Source: Savitreella phatthalungensis (taxonomy: Eukaryota). Taken from it: a stretch of DNA of 64,000 bases. The notes beneath the pieces are model-generated. The model did no database searches and had not been told where the DNA came from. It was given only the letters and a program-made list of their open reading frames with translations. Numbering within the stretch: the first letter of the stretch is position 1; every line of letters starts with the position of its first letter. The stretch is from assembly GCA_051599415.1 (NCBI GenBank), contig AP039693.1, forward strand, positions 62,001 to 126,000, written 5' to 3'. The translations under genes were made by a program, and so were the position numbers. Shown here piece by piece: positions 23,201 to 35,029 of this stretch.

Positions 23201-23938
23201 ATACTTCCGCCTAATCGAACAGAATGTGCTCATCGCTGCAGAGACAAACAAAAATGCTTGCACCCTTGCTGCAACAACGGTGTTGAGCTGTCTGGCATGA
23301 TCAACAAGAAACGAAAGATGGTAGACGAAGTTCATGCGGTTGATCAGATAAACCGACGCAGCGAGCAGCAGCTGCGACATCAAGCGACTCTCCAGGGCTT
23401 TCTTGCAGCTAGAGCGTCTCGTCGTGCTGCTTCGACCCAGCACGTTGTGAGAGCGCCTGATACGGCGGAGCTCTTGCGTGACATTGCTCTCGCAAGCCAT
23501 GAGTCGACAAGCACAAGTGCGACGGAATTGGCGTCAGCCGATGCCACGCTACTAGAAGCATGCGACGTTGCAGTGGCGAACGCTTCCTCATCGACATCTG
23601 ACGATGCACCTCCTTCAAAGAATCATCTCTGGCAGTTAACGACTGTGAACCGCGCCACAGATAATTTTGTGGGTAGCTCCATGGTCGAAGGGCATGGCAC
23701 GGTCATGAAGTCGGGAGACTCGAAGCCCGAGAAACTGGGGCATTTGGACGATTTGATAGCCTCCATTGGCCTAAGGTCTCCGCGATTGATCGCTCAGCTT
23801 TCTGCCCGCTCGAGCATAGCACCGTCGAGCAATTTCGGAATAGGTGACTCTCTGAGGGAGAGATCTGCGCCAGTCGGCAGCAGTAAAGGGCTGCTTGAAG
23901 GACTCGAGGGTTGCTATTTCATCCGCGATGATATTTAG
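20219..23938 (+). CDS. MER3: Meiotic Ski2-like DNA helicase Mer3/HFM1; join(20219..21928,21981..22097,22142..22752,22805..22902,22950..23938)
   Basis: APTGSGKT, DEVH, SAT, CTSTLAVGINLPA and QMVGRAGRPQFD motifs; Sec63-like region with RNPPFG; C-terminal CAHRCRDKQKCLHPCC zinc motif typical of HFM1/Mer3. Four GT-AG introns (52, 44, 52, 47 nt) join the pieces in frame. Confidence 0.9.
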
Positions 23939-24343
23939 GCTCTGCCACAGCTATAGATCTGCGAGCGTGGCAAATTTCGAGCAGTTTTATCCATGTATTC
24001 ACAGTGATGCGAATCTGGCAGTAAGGAGAGCGATCGCGAGTTTATCTTATCTTTCTGGAACTCACGAAGCATATCTTTCAATCGTGCGCAGTGTCATCAT
24101 CACCTTTAGTATAATTATTGATACGACATCGTGCGAATGCGTGACTGCTAAGCCATTCCATCTTGTCGTGTTTCGTCTTGTCTCTCGTTGAGTCTTCTGA
24201 AAGCTGATACCTGTTCCATTTCGCTGCCTCTTGATCATGATCTCTAATCGTCCCTTCGTCTCGCCCGTCCAAATTTTCCTCGTTTGATGCCTCTCACCTA
24301 CAAGACCATTTTGCAAACGCCTCTACTCCCAGCTGCAGCAGGA

Positions 24344-25519
24344 TTATCTGCTCCAAACATCCTGCACGCCTCGACTACCGATGCTGCCGCTGCCAAAGCC
24401 AGTATCATGACTCGTGGTTGGACTGACTGGTGCAGAGCCGGATAGCGGAATCTGCTGCTGCAGCGGCTGGTGGTGCTGTTGGAATCGTTGTATGGGCTGC
24501 TGGAAGTGACTGTAGCTGCCGATACCGAACCACGCATTGCCATCGTCATTCATGCCGGAGAGACGCGGAACGCCACTGTGCAGAGAGTCGAAATCGTCGT
24601 CGTGGAGACCGAAAGCATGCTCCTCGCTACCATCCTCGGTAGCTGAAGATCGCTGGCGATGGAGAGAGGCGAATGCCGGGTTGTTGTCAGTAGCTGCTGG
24701 TGACTTGAGCGAACCTCCTCCCGTCGCACTCGGTCGACCGATAGGAGCAAGACGCGGCGGCGTTCCAGTTGGAGCACCCCTGGAAGGACCTGAGAAAGAA
24801 GCAGATCTGACGTCGCCTGAAGAAGCTGATCGCTCTGCCGAAGCGACTTCCTGACATCCAAACAGTGAATAGCCTCCTGTGCCCGTGCCCGTATCAGATG
24901 CCAGTGAAAGCGAGCGAGAATGAGTCGCAGCAGGCGCGTGATCCGTGGCGCCCGGAACAGAATGACGGAAGGTCACATGAGCGGGGGAAGCGGGGGACAT
25001 GGGAACGAATATACTGCTGTTTCCACTGCTCGACTTGGTTCCAGCTTGCTGACTCTGCGAAGAGAGGGAACGCGACTGATTGGTCGAGTTGGAAGAGGTC
25101 GATTGGGATGATCGCTGATTGTAATTCTGCTGCTGCAAGGCTGAAGCTCCAAGATTCGCTGCAACGGGCGCTGCAAAGGGAGACGCTGGTCCAGTAAACC
25201 TCATGTATTGGCCTTCGCGATATAGCGACTGCTGCTGCTGTAGGATACGCGGAGTAGGACCCTGAGTTTGGAGCTGTGATGGTGGTGTGTAAAAGGTGCG
25301 TTGCGAGGGCTGAGCATAATATTGGTGACGCTGTTGCTGTGCCTGCTGAGGTAAATAGTATGTCGAGTGAGCGACGTGCCTGTGTAGCTGAGGCTGAAAG
25401 ACCGGTGCGGTAGCATGGAAGCTACTGGCAGGCTTTTGCTGGCGGCCTAGTCGTGCGAAGGCTTCGATCGCGCGATCGACTTCCTGAAGCTGCGCGGCGA
25501 AGGGATCGCTCGGCAGCAT
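24344..25519 (-). CDS. Low-complexity Q/S/P-rich hypothetical protein
   Basis: Long ORF with disordered composition; first ATG at 25519 (MLPSDPFAAQ); short motifs GGYSLFG, PIGRPS and DVWSR. Confidence 0.65.
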   Translation of the reverse strand: MLPSDPFAAQLQEVDRAIEAFARLGRQQKPASSFHATAPVFQPQLHRHVAHSTYYLPQQAQQQRHQYYAQPSQRTFYTPPSQLQTQGPTPRILQQQQSLYREGQYMRFTGPASPFAAPVAANLGASALQQQNYNQRSSQSTSSNSTNQSRSLSSQSQQAGTKSSSGNSSIFVPMSPASPAHVTFRHSVPGATDHAPAATHSRSLSLASDTGTGTGGYSLFGCQEVASAERSASSGDVRSASFSGPSRGAPTGTPPRLAPIGRPSATGGGSLKSPAATDNNPAFASLHRQRSSATEDGSEEHAFGLHDDDFDSLHSGVPRLSGMNDDGNAWFGIGSYSHFQQPIQRFQQHHQPLQQQIPLSGSAPVSPTTSHDTGFGSGSIGSRGVQDVWSR

Positions 25520-25973
25520 TCCAGGTTTCTGATAGCGCTCCCCGCCTTGCGACGAAGATCTTCCTGTCTTCCGCTTCGAAATTATCCTGCTAAGCTGCCA
25601 CGCCACAGTTTACTGAAGTAGGCTGTTCTGAGGAGCGCGACAGCCTTGGTGTGCTTTACAATCCTGGACCGTGAGTAGCGCAGGTACAGATGCACCAGGA
25701 GATCGCTGTTGTTGGTCGAAGGATGAAGATATCGACGAGTTGCGCACAGAAGTCCTGCGTCCAGCGCGGGGATCAGGTCAGAAAGACAAGAGAATAATGA
25801 ATGTTCAGTTGATGGATGAGACTTGACCCTGTATCTCTGTTTCCGTCTTGATTGCTCGCATGTGGATGTAAGCAGTGTGCGCTTGATCGAGCACGGTCAA
25901 CGATCGAGCACATCAAACTCATCAACCAAGTAAAAACCAATTAAAATCATTCCGTCTGTACTTGGCAGGGCTC

Positions 25974-25990
25974 CTCTCTCTCTCTCTCTC
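25974..25990. repeat. (CT)n microsatellite
   Basis: About 8 CT units in intergenic DNA. Confidence 0.8.
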
Positions 25991-27085
25991 AGCCCGCGCA
26001 GGGATTCACATGAATTGCAACAAAAGGCACACTGTACAGTACAGCTAAACTGGACAATCTAAGTCAGGTGAATTTATCGCCGCTTTGAGATCCGTTCGAT
26101 CGTTCTTGAAACCTGCAAGAGAACCTCGAGATTGAAATCTCTGATCAAACCAAGCCCAGCTAGATTCACCTTTTCCGCTACCTAGTTCGATCAAGTTATT
26201 ACTGCCCGAGCGGGATGCCATGCTCCCTCAACAGAACACGGAAATTTATTTATGGTAATTCAATCTGAATTTTTGAGTACGATCTGTCTATCTAAATACT
26301 GTCAATCTACACAAATCGAGCATTGTGCTAATGACATAATCGCTCCGCTTTCTTACAGTTTCGACCAAATTGATCAAACTGGTTACCCTTTGACTCTCTT
26401 CCCCTCGCCCTTTTGCCTCTGTCTCTGTTACTCCCGCTCTCGTGAACGATACAATAGGCAGAGCTAATCTACTGGATAAGTCAAGAAATTTCTCTTGAAT
26501 GAGCTCCGTCTCTTCCGCAAACTTGTGTCTTCAGGGCGCCATAAGATCAAACACGCAGAACACAAGCAAACTATTTGATCTGCATGCGTATCGAGGCAGA
26601 CACTGCGAAGATCATGCTTGCACTGCTAAGGCATGTGGTTCAGCTTCGCCATGAGGACCATCGTGTGTGAAGAAAAACCCTGTTGCTCAGTGTACGCGAT
26701 TTCTGTTCTCAAGCCTATATTTGATGGCTTTTTACGGAGAACTCGGCGAATCGATGTGGCAGCCAATCGCCGTCCTGTATTCTTGCGAATGCACGATCTC
26801 CTCACAAGATTTCTGACGAGGAGGCATCAGAAATTTTACAGCTGGTAATACCCAACTAATGCAAGATCGATCGTGCATAGGCCGGAGATGGAATCAGGGG
26901 CTATAGGGCGATCATCATGAATAAGGACGGCGGTTCGACAAGGACGGCGATTCGAAAAGTGATTGATGCTCTGACTCGGCCAGGGGCAGGTCTACCTTAG
27001 TCTGTCCGGTCAGTCGTATTGCAAGTGCAACAGAAACACGAGATCGTTAGACAGGCGATTATTCGCGTTGTCCATCCTTGCCGTT

Positions 27086-28339
27086 TCAAAAGTGCTTCAG
27101 AAGGACGCCAGCCCCACGTGACTTCGCAACTGATGGCGGGATACGGCGATTCTTTCGATGCAGGTCTTCGAGAAGTTCTGTCACGCTGTTGTAGCGCTGA
27201 ATCTTATTCATAATCTTCAGGTCCTCCAAAGGCTGGCCGGTCAATCGATCACAAGCTGACAGGTAGTCTTGAATATTGACGCAGGCGTGACTGGCCAGCA
27301 TCTGCTTGAGCTTTTTCACGCTCGTCGGCATGATGTCGATCATATCAGGCAGCAAGTGCTCAAACACCGTGGCCAGCTCCTCATAGCGATCGAACTGATG
27401 GACTCCATATCTCGAAGATGGTTGCTGTCCTTGCCAAGACCCGGCAGTTGAAAAGTTTTTAGTCTTCGAGACCTGTGAGGCATTGGTGTTACGCTTCAGC
27501 TCGACCTTGACGAATTGCGCCTCTTCGTCAGAATCGCCCTGTGTATCTGTGAACGAGCATTTCGAGAATAAAGTCTCGATATCATTACCACGAATCTTGT
27601 CTCTCCACGCAAGGTCTCTGCCTGGAAGTAAGTCGCCGACCAGTTCATACCTGAAGGGCTGACGCATCATCATGTTGTGGAAATCACGAACGTCTGTGAA
27701 CTTGGTAGATGATCGGCCAATCAGAGAGCACAACTCAGAAGCAAGACGACGTTCTCCGGGGAGAGTCTTCAAGGTGCAGAGCCGACTGGACTGTTTGAAA
27801 GTCAGCCAGTACAGCTTTGGCAGACATTCATTTAGCGGTAGAGGCTTGTCCCACCCGAGCAACTTGAGCAAACGCGAATACTGCATGACCTTTGCCTCAT
27901 TCCGGATGACCTCTGGGAAACTGAGGTATCCGTCTTCATAGCTGTCAAGTCTAACTTCGGAAGCGCTCAGCTTTGTGCAGATCAAGCTCAGTTGAGCGCA
28001 CTTGACGGGAGACATGTTGGACGTGGGCTCTCCGCCGACTAGATGACAGATCAGATCTTTCAGAATCAATATAGCTGACTGTACCTCGTCTTCGTAGACA
28101 TCGCAGCTTGTCAGACCATAACGCTTAGACCATGTGAGCGCATCCAGGATGTCTTGGGCTTGCTGGACTGCGTCAAACTCTGTGTGATTGCAGATCGCGT
28201 CGTCCAGTGAGAGTGCGAATCGGGTCAACTCTCCAAACGGAACTGTAGGCCACGGAGTCACTGTGCATTTGTCACGGAAGTGAGCAAAATCCGATTCCTG
28301 AAGAGCTTTTGTAGGAGACTCGTAGCCTGTGCGCGGCAT
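27086..28339 (-). CDS. Hypothetical protein; C-terminal domain shared with the 40476..42451 gene
   Basis: Long ORF (first ATG 28339). C-terminus HLLP...PTS...L...VNIQDYL...RYNS..EL...P...GAGVLLKHF. Confidence 0.7.
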   Translation of the reverse strand: MPRTGYESPTKALQESDFAHFRDKCTVTPWPTVPFGELTRFALSLDDAICNHTEFDAVQQAQDILDALTWSKRYGLTSCDVYEDEVQSAILILKDLICHLVGGEPTSNMSPVKCAQLSLICTKLSASEVRLDSYEDGYLSFPEVIRNEAKVMQYSRLLKLLGWDKPLPLNECLPKLYWLTFKQSSRLCTLKTLPGERRLASELCSLIGRSSTKFTDVRDFHNMMMRQPFRYELVGDLLPGRDLAWRDKIRGNDIETLFSKCSFTDTQGDSDEEAQFVKVELKRNTNASQVSKTKNFSTAGSWQGQQPSSRYGVHQFDRYEELATVFEHLLPDMIDIMPTSVKKLKQMLASHACVNIQDYLSACDRLTGQPLEDLKIMNKIQRYNSVTELLEDLHRKNRRIPPSVAKSRGAGVLLKHF

Positions 28340-29133
28340 TGCGAGTACGTCCCAATCGTTTCTGCTGAGTTTGGTCAAGCCAAGTCAAAGAATTCTCCAG
28401 AACTCTTTTGCCTCTACCTGTCTTAAAAGATCTCTTGGACCGTAATGCGAGATGGAGATATGTCGCTTGCGCTATGGCCACATAAGCATCAAGACAGGTG
28501 TGTCCTCGCTCGTGACCATACGCCGTTTGTCGATGAGGCGAGCTGCTCAATCTGACGCAGCGATTGACTGGTCTCAGTCTACAACAGGGTTATTAGCCTG
28601 ATTCCGGACAATTATGTCGATTTCTAGCAAGACTCAATTGAGTTGTAACATTTAAAGATCTGACGAGAGCCACAAGCGCAAGCAGGCGACCGTCATATGC
28701 TGCGTCACATAAGCTCACCGGAACATGACGGCAAGCATTTCTCTGTTCAAGTAAGGTTGCCGGAATAATCGATGGTGTTCGACTCGTGGCGGATTGTACT
28801 TTGCAAAGGCTGGCACTGGCCATTTTCGCGCACCTGTCGCCTCTCATGTCGCCAGGCTGGATCTTTCATGACAGGAGTGACCCGTTGGGGTGCTGACGAT
28901 AGCGCTGCATGGCGAGACTCTAACCCACTCGACTCGATGCGGAACCTCCGAGTATCGTCCACGTGAAGCATGGAGAAATGACAAAACTCACGACAACGGA
29001 AGAAGACTGGCGGCGATCACAAGTGGTGTGGAAACTCAGCTAAAGAATACCGATAGTAGACAGAGAAGCCTGCTCCAGGACTTCAACCTGGAGACGGAGT
29101 GACGGAAGCTGCATCACTTTGAATGAGGTGGAG

Positions 29134-30420
29134 CTATTCCGCGACGGAGTCCGGATAGATGTAGAATGCGAGGGCGATAATGACATAGGTACCCATTAGC
29201 TGTGCACCCTCAAGCCAATTGGACTTGCCATCCTGAATAGTGTAGTTGACGATCAGGACAGCGACAAACATCGTGATTGTTTCGAAAGACTTGAAGTAGA
29301 GGGTCAAAGGCTGCCCAATCGCCCAGCCAAGAACAACCAGGAACGGCGTCATGAAAATTGCAATCTGAAGAGAGGAGCCAAGGGACACGCCGATAGCCAG
29401 GTCCATCTTGTTTTTCGTAGCGCAGACGACGGCTGTGACGTGCTCAGCAGCATTGCCAACGATAGGGATGAGGATTAGACCGACAAAGGTCTTTGAGATA
29501 CCAGTCTGTTCGACGATGGAGTCAATTGATCCGACAAGGAAGTCTGCGCAGAAGGAGACGACGACCGTTAGGCCGATGAGGAGGCCTGCTGAAATCCAGA
29601 TAGAGATGCGAGACTCTTCAGCCTCTTCGTCATCGTCACCGCCAGTCTCCGATTTGAATAGGTCGGCGTGTGTGTAAAGCTGGAAGAAGAGGAAGAGAAC
29701 GTAAATAGCGAGCATGATGATGGCAGTGCCGCGGGAGAGAAAGAGGATTTCCCCATCGGCACTTGTACCTTGCGGTATAGCGAGGTGGAATGCAGCTGGC
29801 AGAAGGAGCGATGAGGTCGCCACAGCCATCAGGCCTGCCATGGCCTGTGCAGCAGTCATATTGAATTCCTGCTCTTTGTAGTATAGACCGCCGCCGAAAA
29901 AGCACATGCCGAGTACGAGTAGGATGTTGGACAGAATGGACCCCAGCATAGAAGCCTGGACAATTCGCAGCTCTCCTCGGGTCAGAGCGATAACGGAAAC
30001 AATGAGCTCAACAGCATTGCCGAATGAAGCATTCAGAAGGCCACCTAGAGTTTCACCGACTTCCAGAGCGAGCTCTTCAGTTGCAAAGGACAATAGCGAA
30101 GCCAGCGGGATGATCGCGAGAAAGTTTAATGTAAAGACTGCTGCAGGCGGCCAGTGAACGAGCTCTGCGATGATGCCGAGCGGCACAAAGATGAGGAGGA
30201 CGTTCACGTAATTAGAGTAGAGGACGAGTTTCGTGATCTCGAGGGCGCGCTGAAGCAACGTCTCGTCGCCTTCTGCACCGTAGCCATTTCCATGGGAGCT
30301 CGAGCCATAGCCCGAGCTAGACTGTCCGCCGACGAGACGGCTGCGCTCACCCTGGGCACCGCTATCTCTGCGTGAAGAGACGTTGGCAGTGCGCGACCGC
30401 TGAATCTTTTGCGTGAGCAT
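29134..30420 (-). CDS. VCX1: Vacuolar Ca2+/H+ exchanger (CAX family)
   Basis: GGLLNASFGNAVE and IVGNAAEH alpha-repeats, GSSLQIA, DGKSNWLEG; about 11 TM segments with an acidic loop. First ATG at 30420. Confidence 0.93.
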   Translation of the reverse strand: MLTQKIQRSRTANVSSRRDSGAQGERSRLVGGQSSSGYGSSSHGNGYGAEGDETLLQRALEITKLVLYSNYVNVLLIFVPLGIIAELVHWPPAAVFTLNFLAIIPLASLLSFATEELALEVGETLGGLLNASFGNAVELIVSVIALTRGELRIVQASMLGSILSNILLVLGMCFFGGGLYYKEQEFNMTAAQAMAGLMAVATSSLLLPAAFHLAIPQGTSADGEILFLSRGTAIIMLAIYVLFLFFQLYTHADLFKSETGGDDDEEAEESRISIWISAGLLIGLTVVVSFCADFLVGSIDSIVEQTGISKTFVGLILIPIVGNAAEHVTAVVCATKNKMDLAIGVSLGSSLQIAIFMTPFLVVLGWAIGQPLTLYFKSFETITMFVAVLIVNYTIQDGKSNWLEGAQLMGTYVIIALAFYIYPDSVAE

Positions 30421-31305
30421 GCTCAATGATGCTTGTTGACGAGGTTAGGTGTGGCTTCCTAATGAGAGTGACTAAAATGGACTGCTTAAGCTTGCTAGAT
30501 ACTTTGGGCGGACGACAGCCTGGAAGTGGACTGGTCGAAGTTCTGGTTGGATATTTATTGACAAGCAGCTTTCGAGATGAACGAACGGATCCCACTGGTG
30601 TGTTGCGATTTACCGTTACTTGTGGAAGGGTTGATCATATTCACCGAGTGTGTGCGAGGGTGATCTGACCGTCTTTTCTTCTCTGCCAATCTTCGTCATT
30701 CGGGCTCTGACCGTGGTTCGGGGATGGAGAAAGCAATCAGAAACGGGAAATTCGTAGGATGAACAAATGAATGAAAGGCAATAGGTAGGTCGCTCCTCAG
30801 TGCCAGCTCCACTTCATATAAAATAGCCCACCACCATTTCAAAAGTCAGCCGGGAAGGTCAATTCATTCACGGGAAACAGAAATATATGGTGGAGCTTCA
30901 GAACACCTGAAATTCGGTTTTCGTGTCTTCTCCCTTTGCACGTATCACACTGACCTCAGATCAATGGTGATCGCTCTGGATATCGTGCAGCCCAAACTCA
31001 CCGAACTGAATCAAGACTGCAGTCGCGGCCCAGCGATTCGTGCTCAGCCTCGCTTGCTTAGAATCGGGAAAGTGTGAATGCCATGGATGCTCTTCCGGGG
31101 CCATGTGGCTCTGGGGGGATCACGTGCAAGACTCAGTTCTTTGGCGGCAAACGACGGATGCTGATCCCGCCTTTATCACTCAACCACGACACTAGCACAG
31201 CCGTAATCGCAGCTATACAATGGGGGACGGTGATTGAGACCAGATTGCTATCGCTATAGCTGACTGATGATGAGGTGTGGACGCTGGACACGAGTATCCC
31301 AGTCG

Positions 31306-31656
31306 TTATGGCGTTGTGCACCTGATCCAGCCATCCGATGTCGCATACGCGGCGCATCCCCAGTAGCAGTGCAGCTGATTGCTATTATTCTTCCACTCAC
31401 GGCATGGAACTTCCATCTGCTGCTCGCTGGTAGAAAATGTCCAGGTGTTGACGTCAGCCCAGCCAGGGCCCAGGTCGGTTGCATCACAAGTTGGAATACC
31501 ATTCTCTCCAGGCTGCCATCCGAACTTGTCCATGATTTGGATGATCTGATCTTTTGTGAACTGCTGCGAGTTGCAGGTGATTGACCCGGCGTTGACGCTA
31601 TAATTAGCGGACACGGTCGCCACAGCTCCGATGATCAATTGTATCAAGATCTGCAT
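31306..31656 (-). CDS. Small secreted cysteine-containing protein, cluster member 1 (116 aa, 6 Cys)
   Basis: Hydrophobic signal peptide; YSVNAG..TC, DLGPGW, VPC, LHCYWGC and WIRC motifs; TATAAA 44 nt upstream. Confidence 0.88.
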   Translation of the reverse strand: MQILIQLIIGAVATVSANYSVNAGSITCNSQQFTKDQIIQIMDKFGWQPGENGIPTCDATDLGPGWADVNTWTFSTSEQQMEVPCREWKNNSNQLHCYWGCAAYATSDGWIRCTTP

Positions 31657-32222
31657 CTTCGAAGGCTCGAGTCGGTCAGATAGCGAGCCTCTGCCGAATA
31701 TTTATACACTGAACAATAGAAGCGAGGTCACGACTTGCTGTTCAGGTCAGATGCATTCCATCGCAGGCGACATGCTCCCACTGATCAGTGTGAGCCAGAA
31801 GAATGTTTGAAACCTGACACAACCAGATTCCACGGTTTCAATCGGGGGAGCCTTCACAAGAGCCGGCCGAATCTTTCGGGCGAGTTCTCACATGCTCGAA
31901 GATCCGGCGACAGTGATTCGATCCCGCTCGCATGAGATCGGCATCGAGGAGCACATTCAATCTTGACGCGACTATCATTACTGGCTAGATATTGAGCTGA
32001 TCTCAGATGAATTCTTAGATTTCGGTATGCAGCGAGTGTTGTCCTTGAACATGATACAAAGACGACTTATATATTTACGCTTCCGGACACATTCCTCCTA
32101 CCTGCTCATGTACTCAACGCCGTACTGTCCGCAAAATCTTTCATGACTAGATCATGTGAGATGCGTTAGCCATACCAGAGTCATTAAGATTATCAATTTT
32201 GTCTAGTCACGAGATAGTCCAT

Positions 32223-32588
32223 CTATTCGCTCGAGCCGTCGCATCGAACATATTCGCCGTCGTGAAGCAATGAGACACAATCCCAGATGAGATGTACGCA
32301 ATCGGTTTGCTGGTACTGATATCCTGGGATAATGATAGTGCGGTTGCACGTTGCTGAACTGACCGCGTACGGCTTGGCTTCTGTCGCCCAGCCTTCTCCC
32401 AGCTGACGAGCACACAATTCTGGCGAGTTGTTTGCTTCGGGAATTTGATCGACCGCCTCGATAGAGTCCGATACATCCGCTTTTGAGCCTGCGTACTCGC
32501 CCAGGCAGTCGAAGTGGCCTTCATTGACGCGGAATAGTCCTGCCGTTGCAGAAGAAAGCATAACAACCAAGATGGCTAAGACTTGCAT
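32223..32588 (-). CDS. Small secreted cysteine-containing protein, member 2 (121 aa, 6 Cys)
   Basis: Signal peptide; FRVNEGHFDC, QLGEGW, VHLIWDC and YVRC; TATAAA 47 nt upstream. Confidence 0.88.
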   Translation of the reverse strand: MQVLAILVVMLSSATAGLFRVNEGHFDCLGEYAGSKADVSDSIEAVDQIPEANNSPELCARQLGEGWATEAKPYAVSSATCNRTIIIPGYQYQQTDCVHLIWDCVSLLHDGEYVRCDGSSE

Positions 32589-32850
32589 TGGACAATGATT
32601 GAAGTAGGTTGAAAGTTTAAGGGCATGAAGTCCTCTTTATAGCTTGCGTCGATTCCGACACTCGCTCGGCGACACAAGGCCCAGCCGTTTTGGCTGCATT
32701 ATGCCAAGCTGCCACATCGAGACGCACACGCTTGCTGTGCTGCGCAGGAAAGACAGAATGTTTCATCTGGGCCAGCCGGTAAAAGTCATTTGTACGATAC
32801 ATAGCTCAAGGCATCAATGAGATAGATTGCTTGCTCTCAAGGCTGCTACT

Positions 32851-33225
32851 TCAACCGTCTACACCGCGGCATCGCTCCCAAAAGTCTTCCGAATTTTGAA
32901 GGTAATTCACACAATCCCAATTGAGATGGAGTGTGTTGGTGTTTTGCCATCTTTGACCTGGAATAACGATGTGGCTTTCTTGTCCGGTGATTGTGTACGG
33001 TAAGGACTCTTTTGACCACCCGGGGCCGAGTTGCTTAGCACATAGAGTCGGGTTGTTTTCTGCAATTACGGCGCCATCCGCAATCACCAGAACATTGTTT
33101 ATAGAGTCTTTGTTGTATGCCACCTTGCCAAAGCAATCGAAATGTCCCTGGTTGATTGAGAACTGGCCGGCCAAGGCATGAGCGATGAATACGCCAGCAG
33201 CAACGATGATCGTCTTCGAGAACAT
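32851..33225 (-). CDS. Small secreted cysteine-containing protein, member 3 (124 aa, 4 Cys)
   Basis: Signal peptide; FSINQGHFDC, QLGPGW, LHLNWDC and WERC; TATAAA 39 nt upstream. Confidence 0.88.
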   Translation of the reverse strand: MFSKTIIVAAGVFIAHALAGQFSINQGHFDCFGKVAYNKDSINNVLVIADGAVIAENNPTLCAKQLGPGWSKESLPYTITGQESHIVIPGQRWQNTNTLHLNWDCVNYLQNSEDFWERCRGVDG

Positions 33226-33645
33226 GATGCTGATACTTCGAATACAGAGCGCTTGAGGTCGCTATTTATAGTCATCCGGTACCTTGAGCTCTCCGCATGC
33301 GGACGGCACGCTGGCATGTGGTGACCCGCAAAGGGTAATCACACGCTGACAGTGTGACGGGCCAAGCATTCGTTACTCACTGGGTGACCATGCGATATTG
33401 GCGACTGGCACGTCGATCCAGCCACAACCGAACGTACGGCGCGTTCTTGAGCGAAGCACGTCGTTTCAGAGTCCTCTCGCATGTACTGCCTGCAGTATTG
33501 TCATATGTGTGAGATGCCACGTGCTGAACCGTAGTCATCTGACAGTCTTCCATGCGAAGTCGCGTTTGCCTGGTTGAATAATGATCGCTTCTGCTTTATA
33601 AGGCAATGAGAACCTCCGGTTAGCACAGCAAACATCGTGTAAAAG

Positions 33646-34020
33646 ATGAGGTCCTTTATCACTTTCATCGCCTCGTCGACCTTGCTCGTCTACGCTCAGG
33701 CGCAAGGTCAGCAACAATGGAATCTCGTCAGCAAAGGTGACGCTGAGTGCTTGACTGTAAATATCACCAGTTCTTCGATTCAAGGTCATCTGAAATTCAC
33801 AGAAGCCCCTCCAGCCTCTTCTCTGGGCACTCACCCATTTGCTTGCGATCAATCTTGGGCTTCCGAAGCTAAATGGTTCGGCGTAACTGGCATTGTCGAA
33901 CAGGTCTATCTACCGTGCCAAACGATTGAGGCAGAATCCAGCCAGATTGCTTGCGACTTCTCTTGCTCCTGGGTCATTAGCGGCTCGAGGTGGGAGATGT
34001 GTCAGGGCGAGAACGAATGA
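33646..34020 (+). CDS. Small secreted cysteine-containing protein, member 4 (124 aa, 6 Cys; most diverged)
   Basis: Signal peptide ending AQA; WNL...AEC, FACDQSW, LPCQ, IACDFSC and WEMC; TATAAG 43 nt upstream. Confidence 0.8.
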   Translation: MRSFITFIASSTLLVYAQAQGQQQWNLVSKGDAECLTVNITSSSIQGHLKFTEAPPASSLGTHPFACDQSWASEAKWFGVTGIVEQVYLPCQTIEAESSQIACDFSCSWVISGSRWEMCQGENE

Positions 34021-34523
34021 CCACCTTGCTTGAGAGGCGTCTCATGCTAGCTCCATAGCCTCATCGACCAATCGATCATCAAGCTAGCCGTCTGTCTACC
34101 TGCTATCTTCATACGTCGAGCTCTTTGAGCGTTTGCCAGACCAGCTTTTATGTGCGTGATAAGATTCAGCATGAGCCTTCCAATTTCTCAATCCACAGGC
34201 TTCTTCGTTGCAGAATGCGCTATGGCGACATTCTTCCGAGTGTGCATTGAGCCATTTTTGTCGCCACCGGCGTGGTGAAACTCATCCTTTCCGACAGGCC
34301 TCTTTCTGTTCGATTATACGGTCATCTTCAAGGACAGGCTGAGCCAATATTCTGCTCATGGTGCATCAATGCCCGTTGCTGGAAGACGGTGCTATGCCAT
34401 GAGGCATTTTCTGAGGTTTGTGTCACGGTTAGCGTTCTAGTCTGCGACAAGTCTTCCGATTCAAAGACGAATCGACGGCTGTATAAGAGGTCTGCCGATT
34501 CGGTGCTGAGTTTGCAATGAAAC

Positions 34524-34964
34524 ATGTCGACTCGAATCTCCGCTGCTATTTTGTTGCTCACAGCTCTGGCAATGCCCGCACTTGCCAAAGTCTTTTCCAT
34601 CAAGTAAGCTCTCCAGCTGCATCGCTTCGCACGAAAGGGCAGTGACTAATGATATTTCAGCTTCGGCCGTTTTGAGTGTCTCGGCACCTGGTTCACGAAG
34701 GATCAAGTCAGTTCGCAGCTGGTCATTTTCGATAACAATATCATCGCGAGCAACGCGCCTCAAACTTACGCGACCAACCTTGGCGAAGGATGGTCAAGTG
34801 AGAGCGTGCTTTACAAGGTCGACGGCATGAAGCGTCCTACAGTCGTTCCCTGCCAGGCGTGGAAAGCCAATGACTCTACGCTTCATTGTTATTGGAACAA
34901 AGTCAGCCTACTCGAAGAGGCGGACAACAAGTGGATCCCGTGCCCAGGCGAACAAGGTCGCTAG
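34524..34964 (+). CDS. Small secreted cysteine-containing protein, member 5 (127 aa, 4 Cys); join(34524..34603,34661..34964); absent from the ORF track
   Basis: Intron 34604..34660 (GTAAGC...GACTAAT...TTTCAG). Spliced product MSTRISAAILLLTALAMPALAKVFSINFGRFECLGTWFTKDQ...NLGEGWSSE...VPCQAW...LHCYWNK...WIPCPGEQGR; TATAAG 36 nt upstream. Confidence 0.88.
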
Positions 34965-35029
34965 AACTTTTTCATTGAGATAGAACATCAAATTAGACGA
35001 ATCAATTCTGCCGTTAGCGACAGCCCGCG

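Noticed and set aside
26923..26956. 17-nt imperfect tandem duplication containing a B-box-like GGTTCGA
   Set aside because: No cloverleaf or A-box could be built; not a tRNA or CRISPR.
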